The translations under genes and the position numbers were made by a program. Below, in pieces: positions 19,137-29,039 of a DNA stretch of 64,000 nucleotides. The number at the start of each line of letters is the position of its first letter. Positions within the stretch are counted from its first letter, which is position 1. Below the pieces are notes generated by a model. The model was given only the letters and a program-made list of their open reading frames with translations. It did no database searches and had not been told where the DNA came from. Source of the stretch: an uncultured Verrucomicrobiae bacterium (GTDB taxonomy: Bacteria > Verrucomicrobiota > Verrucomicrobiia > Chthoniobacterales > UBA10450); assembly GCA_963756875.1 (NCBI GenBank), contig CAVWPA010000003.1:1184001-1248000 (forward strand). The letters run 5' to 3'.

Positions 19137-20540
19137 ATGCGCGTGACGAAAAACGCGCCGCAGCATTTTCATTTCCTCGGGATTTGCGGTACGGCGATGG
19201 GGGCGGTGGCGGCTGCTCTCGCGGAGCGCGGGTTCGAGGTCACCGGTTCGGACGAGAACATTTACCCGCCGATATCGACTTTTCTCGAAAAGAAAGGCAT
19301 TGCGCTCAAGGAAGGCTTTCGAGCGGAAAATATCCCGGCCGGCGCAGACGTGGTGGTGGTCGGCAACGCGATCAAGCGGGGGAATCCGGAAGCGGAAGCG
19401 GTGCTGAACCGCAAACTTTTTTATCTCTCGCTGCCGGAAGTTTTGAAAAACTATTTTCTGCGCGGCAAACACAATCTGGTGGTCACCGGCACGCACGGGA
19501 AAACAACGACCACAGCCTTGCTCGCATGGATCATGGAGAAGGCAGGACTTAAACCCGGCTATCTCATCGGTGGAATACCGAAAAATCTCGGCCAAGGCGC
19601 CCGGTTGAACGACTCAAAATATTTCGTGATCGAAGGGGACGAATACGACAGCGCCTTTTTCGACAAGCGCTCCAAATTTCTTCATTACCTGCCCGAATTG
19701 CTGATCGTAAACAACATCGAGTTCGATCATGCCGACATCTTCAATAATCTTGACGAGATCAAGCTGAGCTTTCGGCGGCTTCTCAATATCGTGCCGCAAA
19801 ACGGAATGGTCCTGGTGAACGGCGACGATCCCAATTGCGTGGAGGTGGCGCGGGATTGCCTGGCGCAAATGGTCGAGGTCGGCTTTTCAAAGAACTGCGC
19901 GCAACGGATTCGCGCTGTGGCTTATTCGACCGATGGATCCCGGTTTACGCTTGGCGAAGAGACTTTTGAGATCCCGCTGGTTGGCGAGTTCAATGTGCGC
20001 AATGCCGCAATGGCTGTGACCGCCGCGGGATTTTACGATGTTCCCAAAGCGACGATCGATCGAGCGCTGAAAAGTTTCTCGGGAATCGCGCGGCGCCAGG
20101 AATTGCGGGGCGAAGCAGCCGGCGTAAAAGTGATCGACGACTTCGGGCACCATCCCACGGCGATCTCGAAAACGCTGCAGTCGCTGAGGCACCGGTTTCC
20201 TGGTCATCGGCTTTGGGCGATTTTCGAACCGCGGTCGAACACAACCCGGCGCTCGGTTTTCCAGCATGAACTGCCCGAAGCGCTGAAATCGGCGGACGGG
20301 GTCTTCATTGCCCAGGTGGCCAGGCTCGAACAGATCCCGCCGGCGGAACGATTAAACCCTGATGCAGTGATAAAGGAAATCGTGCAATCGGGCCGGCCCG
20401 CGTTTTATGAAGCCAATGCGGACGCGATTATTGAGAAGATTACCCCATTGCTGCGGCCCCAAGACGTCGTGGTTGTGTTTAGCAATGGTGGATTCGACAA
20501 CATCCACGAGAAGTTGCTCGCGCGATTGCGCGCCCTGTAG
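19137..20540 (+). CDS. mpl: UDP-N-acetylmuramate:L-alanyl-gamma-D-glutamyl-meso-diaminopimelate ligase
   Basis: HFLGICGTAMG, GTHGKTTT, EGDEYDSAFFDKRSKF, DDFGHHPTA and FEPRSNT motifs. Confidence 0.93.
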   Translation: MRVTKNAPQHFHFLGICGTAMGAVAAALAERGFEVTGSDENIYPPISTFLEKKGIALKEGFRAENIPAGADVVVVGNAIKRGNPEAEAVLNRKLFYLSLPEVLKNYFLRGKHNLVVTGTHGKTTTTALLAWIMEKAGLKPGYLIGGIPKNLGQGARLNDSKYFVIEGDEYDSAFFDKRSKFLHYLPELLIVNNIEFDHADIFNNLDEIKLSFRRLLNIVPQNGMVLVNGDDPNCVEVARDCLAQMVEVGFSKNCAQRIRAVAYSTDGSRFTLGEETFEIPLVGEFNVRNAAMAVTAAGFYDVPKATIDRALKSFSGIARRQELRGEAAGVKVIDDFGHHPTAISKTLQSLRHRFPGHRLWAIFEPRSNTTRRSVFQHELPEALKSADGVFIAQVARLEQIPPAERLNPDAVIKEIVQSGRPAFYEANADAIIEKITPLLRPQDVVVVFSNGGFDNIHEKLLARLRAL

Positions 20541-20605
20541 CGGCGCGTCTACCTGTCACGCCGGGGCGCCGTGCGAAGGCGGATGACTGGCTGTTTCAGG
20601 GCGCG

Positions 20606-21052
20606 CTATTTCTCGGCGGCCGATGTGTGGTCGTGCACAATTTTCCAGCCTGTTGAAAAATGGCGAAAAATTAATGTGAAACGACCGTGGGGATTGTCGC
20701 TTGCCCGTTTGAGTTTCCACCGGCCGAGCACAACAGCTGCATCGACGCCAAGCGTTGTGATTTCGGTTCCTGAAAAAGTTAGAGTGCCCATTTTAGCGCG
20801 GTCCGAATATTTCTTTTTGTAGCGATTCATTACTTTCTGCCAGCCTCGAGTTACTTCGTCGCCGCTAACGAATACGGTTTCGTCGGAACGCCAGTAACCA
20901 TCCATAAACGCATCAATGTCGCCGCGGTTCCAGGCGTCCTGTTGCATCTTCAGCACCGCTGCAACTTCGGATTGAGGCGATTGTGCAGAAAGCGATGTCG
21001 ACCCAACGATCGCGGCGACAATGCAGGGAATAGTTAAACAGATTACACGCAT
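20606..21052 (-). CDS. Exported NTF2/SnoaL-like (DUF4440) protein
   Basis: Signal peptide, AWNRGDIDAFMDGY and GWKIVHDHTS. Confidence 0.85.
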   Translation of the reverse strand: MRVICLTIPCIVAAIVGSTSLSAQSPQSEVAAVLKMQQDAWNRGDIDAFMDGYWRSDETVFVSGDEVTRGWQKVMNRYKKKYSDRAKMGTLTFSGTEITTLGVDAAVVLGRWKLKRASDNPHGRFTLIFRHFSTGWKIVHDHTSAAEK

Positions 21053-21058
21053 TGAGCT

Positions 21059-21539
21059 TTATGGCGTCGGGGTCGGGGTAACTTCGGATTGTTTTCTATA
21101 AGTGATGAAAAGCGTTGCGCTTGGCACGGGCGCGACCGTTACAGTCGCAGGACCGGGAATCGTCACTGATTTCGTGAATTCCGGTGGCGACGTTCCAGTG
21201 TCGATGATTGTCGCAGTCAGGTACTGTTTGCGGGGACGGTGTTGGGGTCGGCGTGGGTGTGGGGGTCGCGGTTGGCGTTGGTGTAACTGTGGGAGTAACA
21301 GTCGCAGTCGGAGTTGGCGTGGGTGTTGGAGTACCGGCGTTTACAATCACAACACCCCGCTGAGTGCTGCTGCCTTCCTGCGTAAAGTTATGGATTTGCA
21401 AAAAATGTTTGTCGGGGACAACGATTGTTAACGTCAGGCCGGTTTCAGGGACGATCACGCTCTTGAAGTCACCGGCGATCAGAACCGGAGCAACAACACA
21501 AAGGCAGCTGATCAAGAATGCCGCCGCGCGCCTGCTCAT
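21059..21539 (-). pseudogene. Exported protein with Pro-Thr repeats, paralog of 21580-21960, with an apparent +1 frameshift near 21220 (possibly a sequencing artefact)
   Basis: Removing one base restores VLTATIID...PGPATVTV...FITYRK...TP*, which is colinear with the neighbour's VLAATIID...AGPANVTV...FITYKK. Confidence 0.75.
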
Positions 21540-21579
21540 ATTTGGTCTGTGATCCAGCCCGAGTTTTGTGAGCTTGCTG

Positions 21580-21960
21580 CTAGTCCGATTCTTTCTTGTA
21601 AGTTATGAAACAACTGGTTCCATCACCGCATGTAACAGTGACATTAGCCGGGCCTGCGATGACGAGGCGGTTTATAACTTCTAGCGCAGGCGAGCTGTTT
21701 GGATCGATGATAGTTGCGGCGAGTACGTCCGCGGATTGACCAGTAGGAATAAGATACACATTAACGAGCCCACGCATGGTGCCGCCGTCTTGCGTAAAAT
21801 TGCGAATCACCAGATGCTGGCCGTCGGGAACATGGATTGGATCCGGCAGCAGCGTTCCATTTTGTTCAACGATTTTGCTTTTGAAATCGTCTGCGAAAAG
21901 AGATGTAACAGAAGCGAAAAAAAGGAGCGCAAGAAAGAGTCGAGGGAACGGAGTCTTCAT
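21580..21960 (-). CDS. Exported hypothetical beta-rich protein
   Basis: Signal peptide; the DFKS, NFTQ.G...RG.V, ATIID and FITY motifs are shared with the adjacent paralog. Confidence 0.78.
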   Translation of the reverse strand: MKTPFPRLFLALLFFASVTSLFADDFKSKIVEQNGTLLPDPIHVPDGQHLVIRNFTQDGGTMRGLVNVYLIPTGQSADVLAATIIDPNSSPALEVINRLVIAGPANVTVTCGDGTSCFITYKKESD

Positions 21961-22161
21961 TTTTCAGGGATCGTAGCGATTGCCCGGTTTGAAGGCAATC
22001 AGCAATCATTCCTGTCACCGCGGCACGTCAGTTGCAACGTGAGGAACTTGTAATAGATTCGCCTCGACGGCGACCAGGTCCTCTTTTTTGAGAGGGCTGG
22101 CGAAGCGAATTGACCGGTCCACTAATATTTTATTAGCATCCTTAGCCTACTAAGTAACACC

Positions 22162-24522
22162 GTGCATCGATTCCTCTGCAGCGCGGTCCTTTTGTTTGTG
22201 GCCGTAGCGGTCGCCTCCGCTCAAGAGGCAAGGAGCGATGCAACTCCATTTCCCGCCGTTGCGCTGGCCACACCAGCGCCGCCGGCACCGGCACCGCCCG
22301 GCGCGCCGCAGACCGTGAAGTTGCAGTATCCGAACAGCGACGTGCAGGACGTGTTGCATTTGTACGAACAGCTCACGGGCAAAAAACTGGTCATGGACAA
22401 TTTCGTCCAGGGCAAGGTCAACATCTTTATCCCTGGTCCGGTCCCGCGCGAAGAAGCGATCAAAATTATTGAGATCAATTTACTGATGAATGGCTATTCG
22501 CTGGTCCCGTCCGAGGGCGACATCGTAAAAGTGATCGGTACCGGGAAAAATCCGCGAACGGCGGGCGTGCCGATTATTTCCGACGAATCGGAGATTCCGT
22601 CCGACGGTCACATCATCAGCTTTCTCTTTAAGTTGCGGTATGCCGATCCGCAGGAACTTCAACAAGTTCTCGGCCAATATCTTTCGCCGCCGCAGCCGTA
22701 CACTTCTTTTCTGGCACTGCCAAAATCAGGCAGCCTGCTTATTACTGAAAATTCGGCCGTCATTCGCACGATCGCGCACATCATTAATCAGGTTGATATC
22801 CCGCCGGCGGAAGTGGTCAGCGAATTCATCAAGCTCGAGCGTGCTGACGCCAGCAAAGTAGTGGACATGTTGAAAGAGGTTTTTGAAAAGGAAGATAAAA
22901 CCGGAGCGCCCGGGCAGGCGGGATATCGGGGTGTGCGAAATGTGCGACCCGGGGGCGTGCCGCAACCGGAGGAGAACGAAGTAGGCGCGTTAACCGCGCT
23001 GACGGAAGAAGCGGTCATCGTCGGCAAGATCAAGCTCGAGGCGGACGTGCGAACAAACCGCATTCACGTCATCACCCGGCCGGTCAACATGCCGTTCGTT
23101 CGTAAATTGATCGCAGAATTTGATGCCAACGTGGAATTCGCCAAGCCGGTCGTGCGATCGCTGGAGTACATCTCTGCGGGTGACGTTCTTCCGGTTATCG
23201 TGCAGGCGCTGACCGAACCGGGAACAACGACTCAAGGGGGCACCGAAGGCGGTGCGGCGGGCGGGCCACCGCAACCGCAGGCGCGGCGTACGCCGGGCAC
23301 GACGGGTCAATATAATCAAGGTGGGCTTTCAAGTACGTCGAGTGCCGGTGGAGAGAGTGGCGCTCTGAACATCTCGGAGGAACTTCAGACGCAGGCGGTC
23401 GATACGACACCGAAGGCTGTCACTGTCGGCAATGCGAAGATCATCGCGGACCAGCGGGCCAACTCGATCATTGTGCTGGGGAACCGGGAAGTGGTGGTGA
23501 AAGTGGAAAAACTGCTCGACGAAATGGACGTGAAGGCGCCACAGGTCGCGCTTAGCACGGTGATCGGGGAGCTCACACTGAATAACGACGAAGAACTCGG
23601 CGTCGATTATTTTGCCAAGTACAAGAACAAGGTCGTCGGCTTTTCGCGCAACACGAATGTGCCTCTTCCTTTCCCTACCGCAACGGTAACCGCTTCGGGA
23701 AGCCCGATTGCCGGCGGTGTTGTTGACCCTGCGAATCTTATCAATTTCAGCCAAGTTCTCCAAGGCGTTGCCAGTGGAACAAACGTTTACGTCGCTGCTG
23801 GAAACTACCTCGCTACGATTATCCACGCGCTGGAATCAACCGGGCGCTTCCGTGTGATTTCGCGACCCATGGTTTTCACCAGCAACAACAAGAAAGCGAT
23901 TATTGCTTCCGGCCAGGAAATTCCGGTTCCGGTGTCTTCGCTGACAAACGTCGTGAACACAAACGTAACGACGGGAACGGCGGCTGTTGCTTCCAACATT
24001 GAATTCAAAAAAGTCGCTCTCCAGCTCGAGGTCGTGCCGTTGATCAACTCGAAAAAGGAGGTCTCGCTGGATATTTTGCAAAAGATCGACAGCATTGCCG
24101 GCAGTCAGGTGATCGATGGGAACTCGATTCCGACCATCGCGACGCGTTATATCCGTTCGAATGTCACCGCGGCCAACGAATCGACGATTGTTCTCGGCGG
24201 TCTCATCACGGACAGTAAAACGAAGAATACTACCGGGATCCCGGTGCTGAGCCGTATTCCTTATCTGGGCGCAGCTTTTCGCAGTACCTCCTATACCAGA
24301 ATGCGCACAGAGTTGATTATTCTAATGTGCCCCGAGGTCACCTTGACCGAGCTTGATCTTCACCGTCTGCGCGAAAAATCTGAGGACAAGACACATTTTG
24401 GTCCCGAAATTGATCAAGGTGAGTGCCCTGATTGTCCGCCGCGCGCCGGTGAAGGTAAGGAACTGGAACAGCTGCCGCCGCCTGATCTGCCGACGGTAAA
24501 AAATGTGCTGGGAGGCAAGTAA
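22162..24522 (+). CDS. gspD: Type II secretion system secretin
   Basis: Signal peptide, repeated N-domains (LRYADP, LERADA, ADVRTNRI, ADQRANSI) and a secretin domain (ASGQEIP, TIVLGGLI, GIPVLSRIPYLGAAF). Confidence 0.9.
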   Translation: MHRFLCSAVLLFVAVAVASAQEARSDATPFPAVALATPAPPAPAPPGAPQTVKLQYPNSDVQDVLHLYEQLTGKKLVMDNFVQGKVNIFIPGPVPREEAIKIIEINLLMNGYSLVPSEGDIVKVIGTGKNPRTAGVPIISDESEIPSDGHIISFLFKLRYADPQELQQVLGQYLSPPQPYTSFLALPKSGSLLITENSAVIRTIAHIINQVDIPPAEVVSEFIKLERADASKVVDMLKEVFEKEDKTGAPGQAGYRGVRNVRPGGVPQPEENEVGALTALTEEAVIVGKIKLEADVRTNRIHVITRPVNMPFVRKLIAEFDANVEFAKPVVRSLEYISAGDVLPVIVQALTEPGTTTQGGTEGGAAGGPPQPQARRTPGTTGQYNQGGLSSTSSAGGESGALNISEELQTQAVDTTPKAVTVGNAKIIADQRANSIIVLGNREVVVKVEKLLDEMDVKAPQVALSTVIGELTLNNDEELGVDYFAKYKNKVVGFSRNTNVPLPFPTATVTASGSPIAGGVVDPANLINFSQVLQGVASGTNVYVAAGNYLATIIHALESTGRFRVISRPMVFTSNNKKAIIASGQEIPVPVSSLTNVVNTNVTTGTAAVASNIEFKKVALQLEVVPLINSKKEVSLDILQKIDSIAGSQVIDGNSIPTIATRYIRSNVTAANESTIVLGGLITDSKTKNTTGIPVLSRIPYLGAAFRSTSYTRMRTELIILMCPEVTLTELDLHRLREKSEDKTHFGPEIDQGECPDCPPRAGEGKELEQLPPPDLPTVKNVLGGK

Positions 24523-24525
24523 TCT

Positions 24526-24933
24526 ATGAAGAAAGTGATTCTAATCGTGCTGGCGATTGGCCTGAGAACGGCTGTCGCCCAGGTCGGGGAACTTTTCGAA
24601 AATCCGTTTTTCCATTCCAGCGATTCACTTGCGGCTCGGGATGATTTGGGGCTGCTGCATCAAAGCCGGACCGTGAACGACACCGATTATGCGCCGCGAT
24701 ATAGCTGGCGGCCCCTCTATTGGTTCGAAGGCAGAAGAGACCTGATCGCGCAGCCGGCGTATATCGGCGCGTTGCAGCGCGACCTGCAGCGGCTTGGTTA
24801 TTATTGCGGCCCGATTGACGGGGTCTATTCAGTCGACGTAAGGGATGCCATCGCCCGATTGCAGAAGAATTACTCCATGCGTGTGACGGGCACACTCACG
24901 ATTCCTGTTCGACGGGCATTGCACTTGCCGTAG
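24526..24933 (+). CDS. Exported peptidoglycan-binding domain (PG_binding_1) protein
   Basis: LQRDLQRLGYYCGPIDGVY...DAIARLQ...VTG.L. Confidence 0.8.
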   Translation: MKKVILIVLAIGLRTAVAQVGELFENPFFHSSDSLAARDDLGLLHQSRTVNDTDYAPRYSWRPLYWFEGRRDLIAQPAYIGALQRDLQRLGYYCGPIDGVYSVDVRDAIARLQKNYSMRVTGTLTIPVRRALHLP

Positions 24934-24989
24934 AATTGTATCGTGAGGGAGCGGAATTGCCAATTCCTGATCGATCCTTCGGCGGATCC

Positions 24990-25063
24990 TGTAGCGGCGG
25001 TCCATGACCGTCGGACGTTTTGGATCCTTGGCACGATTCCGGCGGTCATAGACCGCCGCTACA
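24990..25063. repeat. GTAG-type REP-like inverted doublet
   Basis: TGTAGCGGCGGTCCATGACCGTCGG...CCGGCGGTCATAGACCGCCGCTACA. Confidence 0.85.
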
Positions 25064-25067
25064 ACCT

Positions 25068-26795
25068 ATGAGCGCGACAGTGGGCCAATCTGTGATCGAG
25101 CTTTTGCTCGCCAGCGGTGTGCCTTCTCGCGACGAGGCCATCCAACTCGCGCAAAACATGAACGGCGGATCGTGGACCGCGCAGGTACTCGATTCGGGCA
25201 AGGTGGACGAGCAACGCTTTCTCGGGGTGATCGGCGATTTTTTCCGTGTGCCGGTTATTTCGCTCGATCCGAAAGCGATCAGCCGTGACACTTTGTCGAT
25301 CCTGCCGAGCCGCTTTGTTTTCCAGCATCACATTCTCCCGATTGAAGTGAAGGAGAACTCGGTGGTGTTGGCGACTTACGATCTCTTCAATGCGCTGGGC
25401 CGCCAGCTTGCCGGCCAACTTTTGAAAAAGACGCCCGAATGGGTGCTTGTCCCGCGCGCCCAGCTTTTGCGCGCGATGAAAACTGTCTACGGCGTCGGCG
25501 CGGAAACGTTCGATGAAATTTTAAAAACGAATCGTGCCTTCGAAATCCTGCAGGACGTTGAGACAAGCACCGATCTTAATGCCGACGATCCCGAAGCGTC
25601 GGTGGTCAAGTTCGTGAACCAGATCATTCGCGAAGCGATTATCGAACGCGCGACCGATATCCATGTTGAACCGTTGGAAAACGATCTCCGCATTCGTTAT
25701 CGGATCGACGGCATTTTGCACGAAGTGGCGGTGCCGCCGCAGTTGCGTGTTCTGCAATCGGCCATCATCTCGCGTCTCAAAGTGATGTCCCATATGGATA
25801 TCGCCGAGCGGCGTCTTCCGCAGGACGGGCGCATGAATTTGCACGCCACCAATCAGGAAATCGACGTCCGCGTTTCGACTATTCCGACGGTGAACGGCGA
25901 ATCGATCAGTCTGCGTCTGCTTAGCCGCGGCGAACAGCAATTCGGCTTCGATCGCCTCGATATGAGCAAGAAGCAGGAGAAAACCATCCGGCACCTGCTG
26001 GCCCAGCCAAACGGGATTATCCTTCTGACCGGCCCCACCGGTTGCGGGAAGTCGACGACACTCTATTGCTTCCTGACCAGCATCAATTCGGTCCAGCGGC
26101 GCATCATTACCATCGAAGAACCGGTGGAGTATCGGTTGCCCGGGGTCCTTCAGATGGATGTGAAACCCGAGATCGATTTTACTTTCGCCAGAGCTTTACG
26201 TCACATTCTTCGCCAGGACCCGAATGTGGTGATGGTCGGCGAAATCCGCGACATCGAGACGGCGGACATCGCCATCCGCGCGGCGATGACGGGCCATCTT
26301 GTGTTCAGCACGCTTCACACGAACGATGCGGTCGGCGGAATTACCCGTTTGCTCGATATGGACGTCGAGCCGTTCCTGCTCGCCTCGGTCGTGAAATCGT
26401 TCATCGCGCAACGGCTCGTGCGAACGATTTGCTCCGAGTGCGGGGAGAAGGTGGATTACCCGCCCGACTATCTGGCTGAGATTGGATTTCCGGTGAAAGA
26501 ACTCGGCACAAGCTTTCTGCGTGGGAAAGGTTGCGATAATTGCCGGCAAACCGGCTATCAAGGTCGCGCCGCCATCTACGAAATCTGTGTCGTAACCGAA
26601 CCGCTTCGGAAGCTGATCATGCAAAAGCGGGACGGCGGCGAACTCAAGCAGTGTGCCACTTCAGAAGGAATGGTCACGCTGCGGCAGGATGGCTGGCGCC
26701 GTGTGGCACAGGGCCGAACTACGATTGAAGAAGTCGTCCGGGTTACCCAAACGGACGAAGTGATGGCCGAGACCACCGAGGAAAGCAATCGGTAG
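25068..26795 (+). CDS. gspE: GspE/PilB family secretion ATPase
   Basis: DIHVEP, DIAERRLPQDG, GPTGCGKSTT, LRQDPNVVMVGEIRD, TGHLVFSTLHTN and a tetracysteine motif. Confidence 0.9.
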   Translation: MSATVGQSVIELLLASGVPSRDEAIQLAQNMNGGSWTAQVLDSGKVDEQRFLGVIGDFFRVPVISLDPKAISRDTLSILPSRFVFQHHILPIEVKENSVVLATYDLFNALGRQLAGQLLKKTPEWVLVPRAQLLRAMKTVYGVGAETFDEILKTNRAFEILQDVETSTDLNADDPEASVVKFVNQIIREAIIERATDIHVEPLENDLRIRYRIDGILHEVAVPPQLRVLQSAIISRLKVMSHMDIAERRLPQDGRMNLHATNQEIDVRVSTIPTVNGESISLRLLSRGEQQFGFDRLDMSKKQEKTIRHLLAQPNGIILLTGPTGCGKSTTLYCFLTSINSVQRRIITIEEPVEYRLPGVLQMDVKPEIDFTFARALRHILRQDPNVVMVGEIRDIETADIAIRAAMTGHLVFSTLHTNDAVGGITRLLDMDVEPFLLASVVKSFIAQRLVRTICSECGEKVDYPPDYLAEIGFPVKELGTSFLRGKGCDNCRQTGYQGRAAIYEICVVTEPLRKLIMQKRDGGELKQCATSEGMVTLRQDGWRRVAQGRTTIEEVVRVTQTDEVMAETTEESNR

Positions 26796-26867
26796 TAACG
26801 CGGGAGATAGGTTGCGGAAGATAGACGCGGACGGTTCCACACCGCCCGCGACGATGCCGGAGATGCA

Positions 26868-27012
26868 GGGTAGCGCACGCGTCCCGCGTGCTGGTTGCGG
26901 CGTCTCGCCGCAACGCACTTTGATCGACTATCCGCAGGGCGGCATCGGATTGCAGAAGGAAGTTTGCGATGGCGGGACGCCCTCGCCGGCACGCGAGACG
27001 CGTGCGCTACCC
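26868..27012. repeat. Family A palindromic element, copy 2 (overlaps the rpe stop)
   Basis: GGGTAGCGCACGCGTCCCGCGTGC...GCACGCGAGACGCGTGCGCTACCC. Confidence 0.85.
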
Positions 27013-27669
27013 ATCTCCCCGTAATTCGCGAATTGCCTCCGCGTAATCTTTTGCGTGGAAAATGGATGTTCCCGCTACGAGGACGTTGGCGCCGTTGTCG
27101 ATCGAGATGCGCGCGGTCTCTGCGTTTATGCCGCCGTCCACTTCAATGTCGAGATTGCGTTCGCGAGTTTTTTTCCATTTGGCGGCGCGCTTCACTTTGT
27201 CCATTTGATCGGCCCGGAACGATTGACCGCCGAAGCCAGGGTGGACCGTCATGACAAGCAGCATGTCGATTTCGTCGAGAAACGGTTCCACGAGTTCGAA
27301 TGCTGTCTCGGGATTCAAGGTCAGTCCCACGCGGCAACCGGCTTTGCGAATTTGCTCCAGCGTTTTTGCGACATCGTGTTTCGATTCCGATTCCACGTGG
27401 ACAGTGATCGAATTTGCTCCCGCTTTCACAAATCGGGGCACGTAATGGTCGGCATGCTCGATCATTAAATGCACGTCGAGCGGGAGCTCTGTTTGCTTGC
27501 GCACCATGGCGACTACAGTCGGGCCGAACGAAATATTATCTACGAAATGCCCGTCCATAATGTCGCAATGGATCCAATCGGCGCCTGCCTGTTCCACGCG
27601 ATGGATCTCGTCCGCCAGGCGGGAAAAATCGGCTGCCAGAATGGAGGGGGCGACGAGAATGCTTCCCAT
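27007..27669 (-). CDS. rpe: Ribulose-phosphate 3-epimerase
   Basis: APSILAADF, HCDIMDGHFV, LDVHLMI, MTVHPGFGGQ and EVDGGIN motifs. Confidence 0.96.
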   Translation of the reverse strand: MGSILVAPSILAADFSRLADEIHRVEQAGADWIHCDIMDGHFVDNISFGPTVVAMVRKQTELPLDVHLMIEHADHYVPRFVKAGANSITVHVESESKHDVAKTLEQIRKAGCRVGLTLNPETAFELVEPFLDEIDMLLVMTVHPGFGGQSFRADQMDKVKRAAKWKKTRERNLDIEVDGGINAETARISIDNGANVLVAGTSIFHAKDYAEAIRELRGDG

Positions 27670-27748
27670 GGAGTATTGGAGTAGTGGAGTAATAGAGCAT
27701 TGGCAATTCTTCTTCAGCACTCCATCACTCCGATGCTCCGATACTCCA
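27669..27748. repeat. Octamer tandem-repeat hairpin
   Basis: TGGAGTAT TGGAGTAG TGGAGTAA TAGAGCAT...CACTCCAT CACTCCGA TGCTCCGA TACTCCA. Confidence 0.8.
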
Positions 27749-27893
27749 TATATATTAAGAGCTTGACGGCGCGAGCCGGTGTTTCATGTTACCGGCGTTT
27801 CAGGCGGTGGAATCGCGAGCGGCGCGAAAGCGTGCGCAAGGTCGACAGGTGAACGCGCTTCACACAGACTGAAGGCGCGAATTTATTTCATTC

Positions 27894-28931
27894 ATGTTCA
27901 ACGGACTCTTCGGCTGGTTATCCAACGACATTGGAATCGATCTGGGCACGGCCAATACGCTTGTCTACGTAAAGGACCAGGGGATCGTCTTACGCGAACC
28001 ATCCGTCGTAGCCGTACAGGCCGGCACGAACAAAGTGCTGGCGGTGGGCGACGAAGCGAAACGGATGCTGGGCCGCACGCCATCAAACATCGTCGCAGTG
28101 CGCCCGTTGAAAGACGGCGTGATTGCAGATTTCGAGGTGACGGAAGCGATGCTCCGGCACTTCATCGCAAAAGTGCACAACCGGCGGGTACGCGCGCGAC
28201 CTCGTGTAGTGATTGCAGTTCCATCGGGAATTACCGAAGTGGAAAAGCGAGCCGTGCGCGAGTCGGCCACGCACGCTGGCGCGCGAGAGGTTTATTTGAT
28301 CGAAGAACCGATGGCCGCGGCGATTGGCGTTGGACTTCCGGTGCAGGACCCCGCTGGCAACATGATCATCGACATCGGCGGCGGCACGACCGAAGTGGCG
28401 CTGATCTCGCTTTCGGGAATTGTTTTCAGCCGGAGCGTGCGCGTAGCAGGCGACGAGCTCGATGAGGCGATCGTTCAGTACATGAAGCGCGCCTACAATT
28501 TGATGGTAGGCGAACGGACGGCCGAAGAGATTAAGATCAAAATCGGGTCCGCTTATCCCACGGAAAAGGAAACCAGCGTGGAAGTGAAAGGGCGCGACCT
28601 CGTTGCTGGTTTGCCCAAGACACTGATGATCACGTCACAGGAGGTGAGGGAGGCCTTGCTGGAGCCGATCTCGACCATAGTCGATTCCGTGCGCATCACG
28701 CTGGAGCGATGTCCGCCGGAGCTTTCGGCGGATCTGGTCGATCGCGGGCTCGTGCTGGCCGGTGGCGGTGCGCTTTTACGCGGGTTCGATAAACTTTTGA
28801 GCGAGGAAACCGGCCTGCCTGTCCATGTTGCGGAAGATCCCCTGAGCGCAGTGGCGGAGGGAACAGGCAAGTGTCTGAATGAACTTAAATTTTTGCGACA
28901 AGTGGCAGCTGCCGATCGCCAGTGGCGCTGA
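27894..28931 (+). CDS. mreB: Rod shape-determining protein MreB
   Basis: [25 protein letters not shown] and AGGGALL motifs. Confidence 0.97.
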   Translation: MFNGLFGWLSNDIGIDLGTANTLVYVKDQGIVLREPSVVAVQAGTNKVLAVGDEAKRMLGRTPSNIVAVRPLKDGVIADFEVTEAMLRHFIAKVHNRRVRARPRVVIAVPSGITEVEKRAVRESATHAGAREVYLIEEPMAAAIGVGLPVQDPAGNMIIDIGGGTTEVALISLSGIVFSRSVRVAGDELDEAIVQYMKRAYNLMVGERTAEEIKIKIGSAYPTEKETSVEVKGRDLVAGLPKTLMITSQEVREALLEPISTIVDSVRITLERCPPELSADLVDRGLVLAGGGALLRGFDKLLSEETGLPVHVAEDPLSAVAEGTGKCLNELKFLRQVAAADRQWR

Positions 28932-28935
28932 CAAG

Positions 28936-29036
28936 AATTGCGGACCAGCGAATGCGGATTGCGGATTGATCTTTTTCGCACGCTGGCTGATGTGGATCTT
29001 CTGTAATCAGCGTTCCGCATTCCACACTCCGCAATT
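28936..29036. repeat. Heptamer (TGCGGAT-like) tandem-repeat hairpin
   Basis: AATTGCGGA..GAATGCGGATTGCGGATT...TTCCGCATTCCACACTCCGCAATT. Confidence 0.7.
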
Positions 29037-29039
29037 GTA

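Noticed and set aside
27669..27748. Tandem repeats as a possible CRISPR array (also 11779, 15922, 57648 and 59771)
   Set aside because: The units are 7-10 nt and adjacent, with no unique spacers of about 30 nt and no cas genes in the window.
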